DNA of 64,000 nt from Eledone cirrhosa (taxonomy: Eukaryota): assembly GCA_964016885.1 (NCBI GenBank), contig OZ024743.1, positions 242,482,001 through 242,546,000 on the forward strand. The letters run 5' to 3'. Positions 48,401-63,800 of this stretch are shown piece by piece; positions within the stretch are counted from its first letter, which is position 1, and the number at the start of each line of letters is the position of its first letter. The position numbers were made by a program, and so were the translations under genes. Below the pieces are notes generated by a model. The model ran no database searches. It was not told where the DNA came from and saw only the letters and a program-made list of their open reading frames with translations.

Positions 48401-51400
48401 CAGCATCAGCACCTCTAGCGTCACTACTAATACCACCTCTAAATTCACAACTACCAACACCGCAACCTCTAACGTCACTACTATCATCACCACCCCTTCC
48501 AACATCAGCACTACCATCACCGCCAATTCTAAAGTCTCTACTACCACCACCACCTCTAACGTCACTACTACAACCACCACCTCTAACGTCGCTACTACCA
48601 CCACATCTAACCTCACTACCATCATCGCTACCTCTAACGTCGCCACTACCATCACCACCATCTCTAAGGTCAGAACCTACACCACCACCATCTCTAACGT
48701 CACTACTAACACCAACTCTAACGTCTCTACTACCATCACCACCACCTCTAACGTCACTATTACCACCACCTCTAACGTCACAACTACCATCACCACACCA
48801 CTAACGTCACTACTAACACCACCACCACCTATAACGTCACTGCTACCACCTATAACTTCATTACTACCACCACCTCTAACGTCACTACTACCACCACCAC
48901 ATCTAACGTCACTACTAATACGTCCACCTTTAACATCATTACTACCACCACCACCTCTAACGTCACTTATATGATCACCACCACCTCTAACGTCACTACT
49001 ACCCCACAAACTCTAACCTCACTACTACCACAACAACCTCTAACTTCACTGCTAACATCACCACCACCTCGAACGTCACTACTATCACCATCACAACCAC
49101 TAATCTCACTACTAACATTACCTCTAACTACACTACTACCACTACCACCTGTAACCTCATTACTACCACCACCTCTAACGTCACTACTACCATCACCACC
49201 ACCACCACTTCGATCGTCACTACGACCATCACCACCAACACCACCTCTAACGTCACACCCTTCCAACATCAGAACTACCATCAGCGCCACCTCTAAAGTC
49301 GCTATAACCATCACCACCACCTCCCACGTCAGAACTACTACAATCACTACCTCTTACGTCACTACTACCACCACCATCTCTAACATCATTACTACCATCG
49401 CCACTACTTCTAACTTCACGGCTACCACCACCACCTCTAACGTTACTACTACCCACACCACCACCTCTAACGTTACTACTACCACCACCATCTCTAACGT
49501 GATTAATACCACCAACACCAACTCGTACGTCATAACTACCTCCAACACCGCCTCTTAGGTCTCTACTACCTCCACCACCTCTAACGTCACTACTACCACC
49601 ACCTCTAACGTAACTACTACCGCAATCACTAACTCTAACATCACTACTACCATCACCACTAACTCTAACGTCACTACTACCATGACGACCACCTCTAACG
49701 TGAGTACGACAACCACCACCTCTAACGTCACTACTAATACCTCCACCTTTAACTTCACTACTACCACCACTAGCTCTAATGTCACTACTACCACCACCTC
49801 TAACGTAATAACAACCATGACCACCACCTCTAACGTCACTTATACGATCACCATCACATCTAACGTCACTACTACCACCACCACCAACACCAACTCTAAT
49901 GTCACTACAACCATCACTCCCACTACCACCTCTAACGTCACTACTATCATCACCACCACCACCACCACTTCGATCGTCACTACGACCATCACCACCAATA
50001 CCACCTCTAACGTCACACCCTTCCAACATCAGAACTACCATCACCGCCAACTCTAACGTCACTACTACCACCACCTCTCACGTCACTGCTACCATCACCA
50101 CCTCCTCTATCGCCAGAACTACCGCCACCACCACTACTAACACCGCCTCTAACGTCACGAAAACCATCACCCCTAACGTCGCTATTACCACCACCTCTAA
50201 CGTCACTAATACCAACACCACCACTTCTAACGTAACTACTACCATCACAACTAACTCTAACGTCAATATTACCATCACCATTAACTCTAACGTCACAACT
50301 ACAAACACAACCAGCACTAACGTCAGAAGTAACACAAGCACCACCTCTAACGTCACTACTATACCACCACCTCTAACGTCACCTCTACTACCACCATCTC
50401 TATCGTCACTACTACCACCACTATCTCTAATTTCAATACTACCATCACCACGACCTATAACGTCACTAATGCACCAACTCTAACGTCACTACCACCACCA
50501 ACTTTAACGTCACTACTACCATCACCACCACCACATCTAACCTCACTACTACCACTACTTCTAACGTCAGTACTACCATCAACACCACCTCTTACGTCAG
50601 AATGACCTGCACCACCCACCTCTAGCGTCACAACTAGCACCACCTCTACCGTCGCTACTACTACCACATCTAACGTCACTATTAACACCACCACATCTAA
50701 CCTCACTACTACCACCACTTCTAACGTCACTACTACTACCACCATCAGCTCTAACGTCACTACAACCATCACCACTAGCAGTAAAGTCACTACTACCAGC
50801 ACCTTTAACGTCACTACCATCACAACCATCTCTAACGTCATAATAACCACCGCTACCACCTTTAACGTCCCTATTATCACCACCTCCTCTAACGTCACTA
50901 CTACCAACACAACTACCTCTAACGTCACTACTAATACCTCCACCTTTAACTTCACTACTACCACCACTACCTCTAATGTCACTACTACCATCACCACTAC
51001 CTCTAACGTAATAACAACCATGACCACCACCTCTAACGTCACTTATTCGATCACCATCACCTCGAACGTCACTACTACCATTACCACCAACACCAACTCT
51101 AACGTCACTACAACCATCACCACCACTACCACCTCTAACGTCACTACTATCATCACCACCAACACCAACTCTAACGTCACCACTACCATCACCGCCACCT
51201 CTAACGTCACTACTATCACCCCACCCCACCTCCCATTAACGTCAGAACTACCACAACCACCACCACTAATGTCACTACTAACACCACTTCTAACGTCACT
51301 ACTACCATCACCAACACCACATCTAACGGCACTACTACCATCACCACCACCACTAACGTTAGAACTATCGCAAGCGCCACCTCTAATGTCACTACTACTA

Positions 51401-54400
51401 CCACCACCTTTAACGTCACTACTACAATCACCACCACCTCTGACGTCAGAATGACCAACACCACCACCTCTAACGTCACTACAATCATCACCACTACCTC
51501 GAACGTCACTACTATCGACACCACCACCTTTAACATCACTACTATCACCACGATCTCTAAGGTCACAATTACCACCAGAACCACCTCTAACGTCACTATT
51601 GCCACCACCACCTCTAACTTCACTACTACCAACACCACTACCTCTAACGTCACTACTATCATCACCACCATGTCTGACGTCACTACCACCACCAGCTTCT
51701 CTAACGTCACTACCAACACGGCCACCTCTAATGCCATTACTACTACCAACACCAACTCTAACATCACTACAATGACCATCATCTCTAACGTTTTTACTAC
51801 TAACACCATCACTGCTAACGCCACTACTGCCGCCACCACCACCATCCATAACGTCACTACTACCATCACAACCCCCTCTAACTCCATTATTACCATCACC
51901 ACCATCACTAAGGTCGCATCTACCATCATCACTACCTCCAACGTCAGAACTACACAACCACTACCTCTAACGTCAGTACAACCACTACCACCACCTCTAA
52001 CCTCATTAATACCACCACTACCTCTAACATCATTACTACCATCACAACTACGGCTAAATTCACGACTACCACAACCACCTCTAATGTTACTACTACCACC
52101 ACCACCTCTAACGTCATTAATACCACCAACACCAACTCTTACGTCATAACTACCACCACAACCACCTCTTACGTCTCTACTATCACCACCACCTCTAACG
52201 TCACTACTACCACCAGCACCTCTAACGTCACGACTACCATCACCACCACCTCTAACGTCACTACTACCACCAGCACCTCTAACGTCACGACTACCATCAC
52301 CACCAGCTCTAACGTCACAACTATCACCATCAACTCCTCTAACGTCACTACTACAAGAACCACCACCTGTAACATTACTACTACCACCACCACCTCTAAC
52401 CTCACTACTCGGATCATCCCCAACACCACCTCTAACGTCACCTCAACCATCACCACCACCTCCAACATCAGAGCTACCATCACCGACAACTCTAACGCCA
52501 CTACTACCGATACCTCTAACCTCACTACTACCACCACCTCTAACGTCACAACTATCACCACCTCTAACGTCACTACTACCATCACAACCACCACCACCAC
52601 CCCCACCTCTAACGTCACTACTACAATCACCACCAACACCAACTCTTACGTCACTACAACCATCACCACCACCACCTCATCTAACGTCACTACTTTCATC
52701 ACCACCGAATACCAGCTCTAATGTCACCACTACAATCACCATTACCGCTCATGTCAGAACTACCATCACAGCCACCTCTAACGTCAGTACTACAACCATC
52801 ACCAACCCCTCTAATTTCAGAACTACCACCACCACCACATCTAACATCAATAATACCACCACAACCACTTATGTCAATATAACACGACCTCTAACGACAC
52901 TATAACCAGCACCACCTCTAACCTCACTACTATCACCAGCTCTAACGTCACTACTACTACCACCTCTAACGTCACTACAACCAACAACTCGAACGTCACT
53001 GCTACCACAGTACATCACTACCATCACAACCAACACCACCTCTAACGTCACTACTCCCACCACAACCACTAATGTCACTACTAACACCACCTCTAACGAC
53101 ACTATTAGCACCACCACCTCTAACCTCACTTCTAGCACCACCTCTAACGTCACTACTACCTTCACCACCACCTCTAACGTCACTACTGCCACCACATCTA
53201 ACGTCACTACTACCATCACCACCAACACCACCTAACGTCACAAATTCCACCACAATCACATCTAACGTCACTACTACCACCACATCTAACGTCACTACTG
53301 CCACCACATCTAACGTCACTACTACCATCACCACCAACACCACCTAACGTCACAAATTCCACCACAATCACATCTAACGTCACTACTACCACCACCTCTA
53401 ACGTCACTGCTACCACCACCTCTAACGTCACTACTCCTAACACCACCTTTAAGGTCATTACAACCACCACTACCTTTAATGTCACTACTACCATCGTCAC
53501 CACCTGTAACTTCACTATTAACACCACAACCTCTAACGTCACTACTACTACCAATTCGATCGTCTCTACTACTGTCACCACCACCACCTCTAACGCCACT
53601 ACTACTACCACCACCACCACCACCACTGCCTTTAACGTCACTACTACCACTACCACCTCTAACGTCACCGCTACCATCACCACCACCTCTAACGTTAGAA
53701 CTTTCACCACCACATCTAACATCTCTACTAACACCACCTGTAACGTCTTTATTACAACCATCCCTAACGTCACTACTACCACCAGCTCTAACGTCATTAC
53801 TGCCACCACCACCTCTAACGTCATTACTACCACCACCACCACCTCTAACGTCAGTACCATCTCCAGTATCTCTAACGTCACTACTACTATCACCTCTAAC
53901 GTCCGATCTACCACAACCACCTCCGACCTCGCTACTACCATAACCATCTCTATTACACCCACCAGCACCACCTCTAACGCCATTATTACCATCACCCCCA
54001 CCACCAAGGTCGCTAAGACCACCTCCAACGTCTGAACTACCACAACCACTACGTCTATTTCACTACTACCACTACCACCACCTCTAACCTCACTACTACC
54101 ACACCAACTCTAACATCATTACTACCATATCCACTACTTCTAACTTCACGACTACCAGAACCACCTCTAACGTTACTACTACCACCACCATCTCTAACAT
54201 CATTAGTACCACCAACACCACCACTTACGTCAAACCTAACACCAGCACCGACTCTTACGTCACTACTAACAACACCAACACCTCTTACGTCACTACTAAC
54301 AACACCAACACCTCTAACGTCACTACCACCACCACCTCTAACGTCACTACTACCAACACCAGAATCTCTAACGTCACTATTACCACCAGCACCTCTAACG

Positions 54401-55791
54401 TCACTATCATCACCACCATCTCTAACGTCCCTATTACAACCATCACCACCTCTAACGTTACTAATACCATTGCCACCAGGTCTAACGTCACAACTAACAC
54501 CATCACCGACAACTCTAACGCCACTACAACCACCACCTCTAACCTCACAACTACCACCACCTCTAACGTCACTATTACAATCATCACCACCACCACCTCT
54601 AACGTCAGTACTATCATCACCACCAACACCAGCTCTAACGTCACTACTACCATCACCATCATCTCTAATGACAGAACGACCAGCACCACCACCTCTAACG
54701 TCACTACTAACACCGCCTCTAACGTCGCTACTACCATCACCATCACCTCTAACGATACTACCACCACCTCCTCTTACGTCACTACTACAACGACCTCTAA
54801 TGTCACTACTACTAACACTACCACCACGTCTAACGTAACTGCTACCATCACCACTATAACTACTACCAACACCACTAACTCTAACGCCACTACTACCATC
54901 ACCACTAACTCTAACGTCACTACTACCATCACCGCCACATCTAACGATTCTACCACCACATCTAACGTCACTACTACCATCACCACCACCCCTCCCACAT
55001 CAGAGCTACCATTACCGACAACACTAACGTCACTGCTACCACCCCACCGATAACATCATAACTACCATCACCACCTCTTTTGTCACTACTACCAGCACCG
55101 CCATCTCTAACGTCACGACCACCACCAGCTTCTCTAACGTCACTACCAACTCGACCAATTCTAAAGTCATTACTACTACCGCCATCACCTCTAATGTCAC
55201 TACAACTACCATCATCTCTAATGCTTTTACTACTAACACCACCACTTCTAACGCCACTACTACAACCACCACCACCTCTAACGTCACTACATCACCAGCC
55301 ACTCTAACATCACTATTACCACCACCACCTCTAACGTCAGAACGACCAACACCACCACCTCTAACGTCACAAATAAGACCACCTGTAACGTCACTACTAA
55401 CTTCACCACCACCTCTAACGTCACTATTAACATCACCACCAACTCTAACGTCACTACCAACACCTCCTCTTACGTCACTTCTACAACCACCTCTAACGTC
55501 ACTACTACCATCACCATCACCTCTAACGTAACTACTACCATCACCACTAAGTCTAAAGTCGCTACTACCATCACCACTAACTCTAATGTCACTACTACCA
55601 TCATCGCCACCTCTAATGTCACTACCACCACCTCTAACGTCACTACGAATACCACCATCCTTAACGTCACTACTACCATCACCACCACCTCTTCTAACGT
55701 CACCACTACCATCACCACCTTAATGTCACTACTACCATCACCACCACATCTAACGTCAGAACGACCAGCACCACCACTTCTAACGTCACAA

Positions 55792-55812
55792 CGTTAGAGG
55801 TGGTGGTGATGC
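55792..55812 (-). other. 21-bp micro-inversion of one array unit
   Basis: CGTTAGAGGTGGTGGTGATGC is the reverse complement of GCATCACCACCACCTCTAACG, a normal unit. It is flanked by the inverted 4-mers ACAA (55788-55791) and TTGT (55813-55816). Confidence 0.92.
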
Positions 55813-58800
55813 TTGTACGACTAGCACTACCACCACATCTAACCTTTCTACTACCACCACCTCTAACGTCACAACTAACGTCACAACGACCACCACCACC
55901 TCTAACGTCACCACTACCATCAACATCACCTCTAACGTCAGAACCTCCACCACCACCTTATCTAACGTCAATATTAACACCACCTCTAACGTCACTATTA
56001 CCACCACTTCTAACATCCCAACTAACATCACCTCTAACCTCACTACAACCACCACCTATAACGTCACAACTACCATCACATCTAACGTGACTACAACCAT
56101 CACCACCACCAACTCTAACGTCACTAGTATCATCACAACCAACACCACACCTAGCGTCAGCACTACCATCACCACTACCTCTAACGTAAGAACTACCATC
56201 ACCGCCACCCCTAACGTCACTACTAGCACCAACACCTCCCCCTCTAACTTCAGAACTACCAACACCACCCCCTCTAGTTTCAGAACTACCACCACCACCA
56301 CCTCTAACGTCACTACTACCACCACCACCTCTAACGTCACAACTAACACCACCTGTAACGTTACTACTACCATCACAACCAACACCAGCTCTAACGCTAC
56401 TACAACCATCAGCACCACTAACGTCACTACTGTCATTACCACCACCACCTCTAACGTCAGAACTACAACCACCACCTCTAACGTCACTACTACCTCCATT
56501 ACCACCCCCACTAACGTCAGAACTACCTCCAACACCACCTCTAACGTGACTACTACCACCACTAATGTAAATACTACCACCAGCCCTAACCTCACTACTA
56601 CCATCACCACCACCTCATACCTCAGTACCACCACCACCACTTCTAACGTCACTAATACTTCCACCACCTTTAGCGTCACTACTATCAACTACCTCTAATG
56701 TCACTACTACCATCACCACTACCTCTAACGTCATAATACTACCACCACCTCTAACGTCACTGTCGCTTCTACCACCTCTAACGTCACTACTACCATCATC
56801 ACTACCGCTAACGTCACTACTACCATCACCACCCCACCAACATCAGAGCTACCATCACCGACAACTCTAACATCACTGCTACCAACTCCAGCCAACCCAT
56901 AACGTCACTACTACCATCACCACCACCTCTAACCATAAGAACTACCATCAGCAATACCTCTAACGTCACTACTACCATCACCACCACCACTTCGATCGTC
57001 ACTACTACCATCACCACTAACACCACCGCCAACATAAGAACTACCATCAGCAATACCCTTAACGTCAGAACTACTACCACTACAACCTCTAACGTCACTA
57101 CTTCCATTACCACCACCACTAACGTCAGTACCACCACCACCTCTAACGTCACTACTACTACCACCACCTCTAACTTCACTACTACCACTACTACCTCTAA
57201 TGTCACTACTACCATCAAAACAACCTCTAACGTCACTACTACCACCGCCACCTCTAAAGTAACAACAACTACTACCACCACCGCCTCAAACGTCACTTAT
57301 AAGATCAACACCACATCTAACATAACTACTACCACCACTACCACCTCTAACGTCACTACCGCTTCCACCACCTCTAACGTCACTGCTACCATCACCACTA
57401 CCGCTAACGTCACTACTACCATCACCACATCTAATGTCACTACTACCACTACCAACTCTAACGTCGCCACTAACATCACCACCACCTCTAACGTCTGTAA
57501 AACCACCACCTCTAACGTCACTATTACCACCAGCTCTAAAGTCACTACTACCATCACCGCCACCTCTAACGTCACTACTACCATCACCGCCACCACTGAC
57601 GTCGCTACTACCACGTCTACCGTCAATGCTACCATCACCACCTCTAACTTCACTACTACCACCACCTCTAACATCACTACGACCATCACCACCACCACCT
57701 CTAACGTCACTACTACCATCGCCACCACCACCTCTAACGTCACTACAACTTCCAACACCACAACATCTAACGTCACTACTACCATCACCACCACCTTTAG
57801 CGTCAGTACCACCACCTCTTACGTCACTAGTACCATCACCACCACTAACACTAACGTCACTACTACCACTAACTCTAACCTCACTACTACCATCACCACT
57901 AACTCTAAGGTCACAACTACCATCACCACCACCTCTAACGTCAGTACTGTCACCACCACCACCTCTAACGTCATCACCACCACCAACCACCCGCTTTAAC
58001 CTCACTACTACTACCACTACCTCTATCGTCACTACTACCACCTCAGCTTTAACTTCACTACTACCACAACCATTTCGTCGCAACTACCACCCCCACCTCG
58101 AACGTCACTACCGCTTCCACCACCTCTCACGTCACTACTACCAACACCACCACCTCTTACGTCTCTACTACCACCAGTACCTCTAACGTCACGACCACCA
58201 ACACCTTTACCTCTAACATCATTACTACCACCAGCACCCCTGACGTCACTATCATCACCACTATTTCTAAAGTCACAATTACAACCATCACTACCTCTAA
58301 CGTTACTACTACCCCCACCTCTAATTTCAATACGACCACCACCTCTAACGTCACCACCATCTCTAACGTCACCACCATCTCTAACGTCACAATTACAACC
58401 ACGACCATCTCTAACGTGATATATTCTTCCATCACCAACTCTAACGTCTGTACTACCATCACCACCAACTCTAACGCCACTACTATCACAATCACCACTA
58501 CCTCTAACGTAACTACTAATACCACCTCTAACGTCACTACTACCACCACCACATCTAACCTCACTACTACTACCACCGCTAACGTAACAACTACCACAAC
58601 CACTAACGTCACTAGTAGCATCACCACCACCTCTAACGTCACTACTACCATCAACACCACCTCTAACGTCACTACTATCACCACATTCTCTAACGTCTTT
58701 ACTACCCTCACCACCACCTCTCACGTCACTACTACCGCCTCATCTCTAACTTCACAACTACCACAACCATCTCCTACGTCTCTACTACAACCACTTCTCA

Positions 58801-60889
58801 CGTCACTAGTACCATCACCACCAGCGCTAACGTCACTACTATCACCATCAGCACTTATAACGTCCCTGCTACCAGCACCACTACCTCTAACGTCAGAACT
58901 ACCACCACCTCTAACGTCACTACTACCATCACCACAACCTACATTGTCAGAACGACGTGCACGACAATCTCTAACGTCAAAACTAACACCACTTCTAACG
59001 TCACTACTATCAACACCTCTAACGTCACTACTACCACCACCACATCTAACTTCACTACTACTACCACCGCTAACGTCACTACTACCATCACCACCACCAC
59101 TAACGTCAGACCTACAAACAACACCACCTCTAACCTCATTACTAACACCGCCTCTAACGTCACTAAATCCACCACCTCTAACGTCACAACTACTATCACC
59201 ACCACCTCTAATGTCATAACAACCAGCACCACCACCTCTAACGTCAAAACTAACACCACTTCTAGCGACACTACGAACACCACCTCTAACGTCACTACTA
59301 CCGTCACAACCAACACCAACTCCAACTTCACAACTACCATCACCGCTACCTCTAACGTCACCACTACCATCACCAGCACTTCTAACGCCAGAATTTCCAC
59401 CACCACCACCACCTCCAATGTCATTACTAACAGCGCCTCTAACGTCACTAAATCCACCACCTCTAACGTCACTACTACCACCACCTCTAACGTCACTACT
59501 ACCACCACTTCTACCGTCACTACTACCACCACCTCTAACGTCAATACTACCACCACCTTCTCTAACGCCACTACTACAACCACCTCTAACGTCACTGCAA
59601 CCATCACCACAACCAACTCTAACGTCACTATTACCATCACCACCACCTCTAACGTCACTACTACTACCAGCACCTCTAACATCACTACGACCACCACTAC
59701 CTCTAATGTCACAACTAACATCACCACCACTTCTAACGTTGCTTCTACTATCACCAACTCCTCCAACATCAGAGCTACCATCACCGACAATTCTAACGTC
59801 ACTGCTACCACCCCATCTTCACCCATAACGTCACTACTACCACCACCAACTCTAACCGCACTACTACTACTACCTCTAACGTCACAAATACCACGACCTG
59901 TAACGTCATTACTACCATCATCATCGCCACCAACGTACGCACTACCACCATCGCCACGTCTAACGTCACTTCTGCCACCACCACCTCTAACGTCACTACT
60001 ACCATCACCACCACCTCTAACGTCACTACTGTCACCACCTGTAACGTCACTACTACCACCACCACCTCTAACGTCACTGCTACCACCACCTCTAACGTCA
60101 CTACTACGATCACCACCACCTCTAACGTGACTACTACCACCACTTACTCTAACCTCACTACTACAACAACCAGCTCCCACGTCGCTACTACCACCACCAT
60201 CTCTAATATCACTATCGCTTCGAACACCTCTAACGTCACTAATAGCATTACCACCACCTCTTACGTCATAACTACCACCTCCACAACCTCTTACGTCTCT
60301 AGTACCACCACCACCTCTAAGGTCGCTACAAACATCACCATCTCTAACGTCACTACTACCATCACCACCACCTCTAACGTCACTACTACCACCACCTACC
60401 CTAACGTCACTACTACCACCTATGCTCTAACTTCACGACTACCACAACCACCTCCAACGTCTCTACTACCACCACCACCTCTAACGTCACTACAACCAAA
60501 ACAACGACCTCTAACGTCACTACTACCAACACCACCACCTCTAATGTCACTTCTCCCTCCTGCACCTCTAACGTCATTACCAAACTCTCACGTCACAAGT
60601 AGCACCACTACGACCGCTAACGTCACTACTACCACCATAATCTTTAACGCTTTTACTACTAACACAACTACCTCTAACGAAACTACTACCACCTGCTCTA
60701 ACGTCACTACTACCACCACCACCACCTCTAACGTCACTACTACCACCACCACCTCTAACGTTATTACTACCACCACCACCTGTAACGTCACTGCTACCAT
60801 CATCACCACCACCAACGTTAGCACTACCACCATCACAACGTCTAACATCACTACTGCCACCACCACCACCTCTAACGTCACTACTACGA

Positions 60890-63800
60890 TCACCTCTAAC
60901 GTCACTACTAGCATTACCACCACCTCTTACGTCATGACTACCACCACCACAACCTCATACGTCTCTACTACCAACACCACATCTAACGTCACTACAACCA
61001 TCACCACTACCTCTAACGTCACTACTACCATCACCACCACCTCTAACGTCAGTACCACCATGACCACCTCTAACGACACACCTACTACCACAACCTTTAA
61101 CGTCACTACAACCACCACTACCTCTACTGTCACTACTACCATCACCACCACCTCCAACGACACTACTACCAAAACCAAAATCTCTAACGTCGCTACTACC
61201 ACCATCACCTCTAACATCACTACTACCACCATCACCTCTAGCATCACTACTACCACCACCACCACTCTAACGTCACTTCTACCTCAACATCTAACTAAAT
61301 ACTACCATCACAACCACCAACTCTAACGTAACTGCTACAATCACCACTAACTCTAACGTCACTACTACCATCACCACCACCTCTAACGCCACTACCACCA
61401 CTACCTCTAACGCCACTGCTACTACCAACAACTCTAACGTCACTACTACCACCACCATTTCTAACGTCACTACTACCACCACCACCACCTCTAACGTTAC
61501 TAATACCTCTATCGTCATTACTACCGCCAATACCACCACCTCTAACGTCCGTACCACCACCGCCACCGCTAAGCTCACTACTACTACCACCATCTCTAAC
61601 GTCCCTGTTACCACCATCACCACCTCTAACCTCACATCTACCATCACCACCTCTAACGTCACTACTACCATCACCACCTCTAACGTCACTACTACCATCA
61701 CCACCTCTAACATCATTACTACCACCACCACCACTACTACCATCACTACCCCCTCCAACGTCAGAACTACCAACACCGCTACCTCTAACGTCACAACTAC
61801 AACCACCACCACTTCTAAATTCAATAGTAACACCACCACACCTAACATCACCACTACCATGACCACCACTTCTAACGTCAGAACTACCTCCAACAAAACC
61901 CCTAATGTCACTATTAACACCACCAACTCTAACGTCACTACAACCACCACCACCACTAATATCACTACTAACATCACTAATACGATAACCACCACCCCCA
62001 ACGTGACTACTACCACCACCACCTCTAACGACACTACTACCATCACCACTAACCCTAACGTCAATACGATCATCACCCCCCCCCCCTAGCGTCAGAAGTA
62101 ACATCACCGCAACCTCTAACGTCATTACTACGACCACCACCAAAACCTCTAACGTCATTACTACGACCACCAGCACCACCTCTAACGTCATTACTACGAC
62201 CACCACCACCACCTCTAACGTCACTACTTTCACCATCCCTAACGTCACCAATGCTATCACCACCACCTCTAACGTCAATATTAACACCAACTCTAACGTA
62301 GCTACTACCATCACCACCACCACCTCTAACGTAACTACTAGCATCACAACTAACTCTAACACTACTAGCAACACCACCACCTCTAACATCACTACTAACA
62401 CAATCACCTCTAAAGTTACTACTAACATCATGACCAACACCACCTCTAACGTCACTACCACCACCACATCTAGCGTCACTACTACCACCAAATCTAACGT
62501 CACTACTAGCATTACCACCACCTCTTACGTCATGACTACCACCACCACAACCTCATACGTCTCTACTACCAACACCACATCTAACGTCACTACAACCACC
62601 ACTACCTCTAGTGTCACTACTACCATCACCACCACCTCCAACGACACTAGTACCAAAACAAAATCTCTAACGTCGCTACTACCACCATCACCTCTAACAT
62701 CACTACTACCACCATCACCTCCAGCATCACTACTACCACCACCACCACTCTAACGTCACTTCTACCTCAACATCTAACTAAATACTACCATCACAACCAC
62801 CAACTCTAACGTAACTGCTACAATCACCACTAACTCTAACGTCACTACTACCATCACCACCACCTCTAACGCCACTACCACCACTACCTCTAACGCCACT
62901 GCTACTACCAACAACTCTAACGTCACTACTACCACCACCATTTCTAACGTCACTACTACCACCACCACCACCTCTAACGTTACTAATACCTCTATCGTCA
63001 TTACTACCGCCAATACCACCACCTCTAACGTCCGTACCACCACCGCCACCGCTAAGCTCACTACTACTACCACCATCTCTAACGTCTCTGTTACCACCAC
63101 CACCACCTCTAACCTCACATCTACCATCACCACCTCTAACGTCATTACTACCATCACCACCTCTAACGTCACTACTACCATCACCACCTCTAACGTCACT
63201 ACTACCATCACCACCTCTAACATCATTACTACCACCACCACCACTACTACCATCACTACCCCCTCCAACGTCAGAACTACCAACACCGCTACCTCTAACG
63301 TCACAACTACAACCACCACCACTTCTAAATTCAATAGTAACACCACCACACCTAACATCACCACTACCATGACCACCACTTCTAACGTCAGAACTTCCTC
63401 CAACAAAACCCCTAATGTCACTATTAACACCACCAACTCTAACGTCACTACAACCACCACCACCACTAATATCACTACTAACATCACTAATACGATAACC
63501 ACCACCCCCAACGTGACTACTACCACCACCACCTCTAACGACACTACTACCATCACCACTAACCCTAACGTCAATACGATCATCACCCCCCCCCTAGCGT
63601 CAGAAGTAACATCACCGCAACCTCTAACGTCATTACTACGACCACCACCAAAACCTCTAACGTCATTACTACGACCACCAGCACCACCTCTAACGTCATT
63701 ACTACGACCACCACCACCACCTCTAACGTCACTACTTTCACCATCCCTAACGTCACCAATGCTATCACCACCACCTCTAACGTCAGTATTAACACCAACT

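Noticed and set aside
58941-58970. Palindromic patch ATTGTC...CGTGCACG-ACAAT
   Set aside because: It is explicable as a heavily mutated array unit, and the stems are too short to support a structure.
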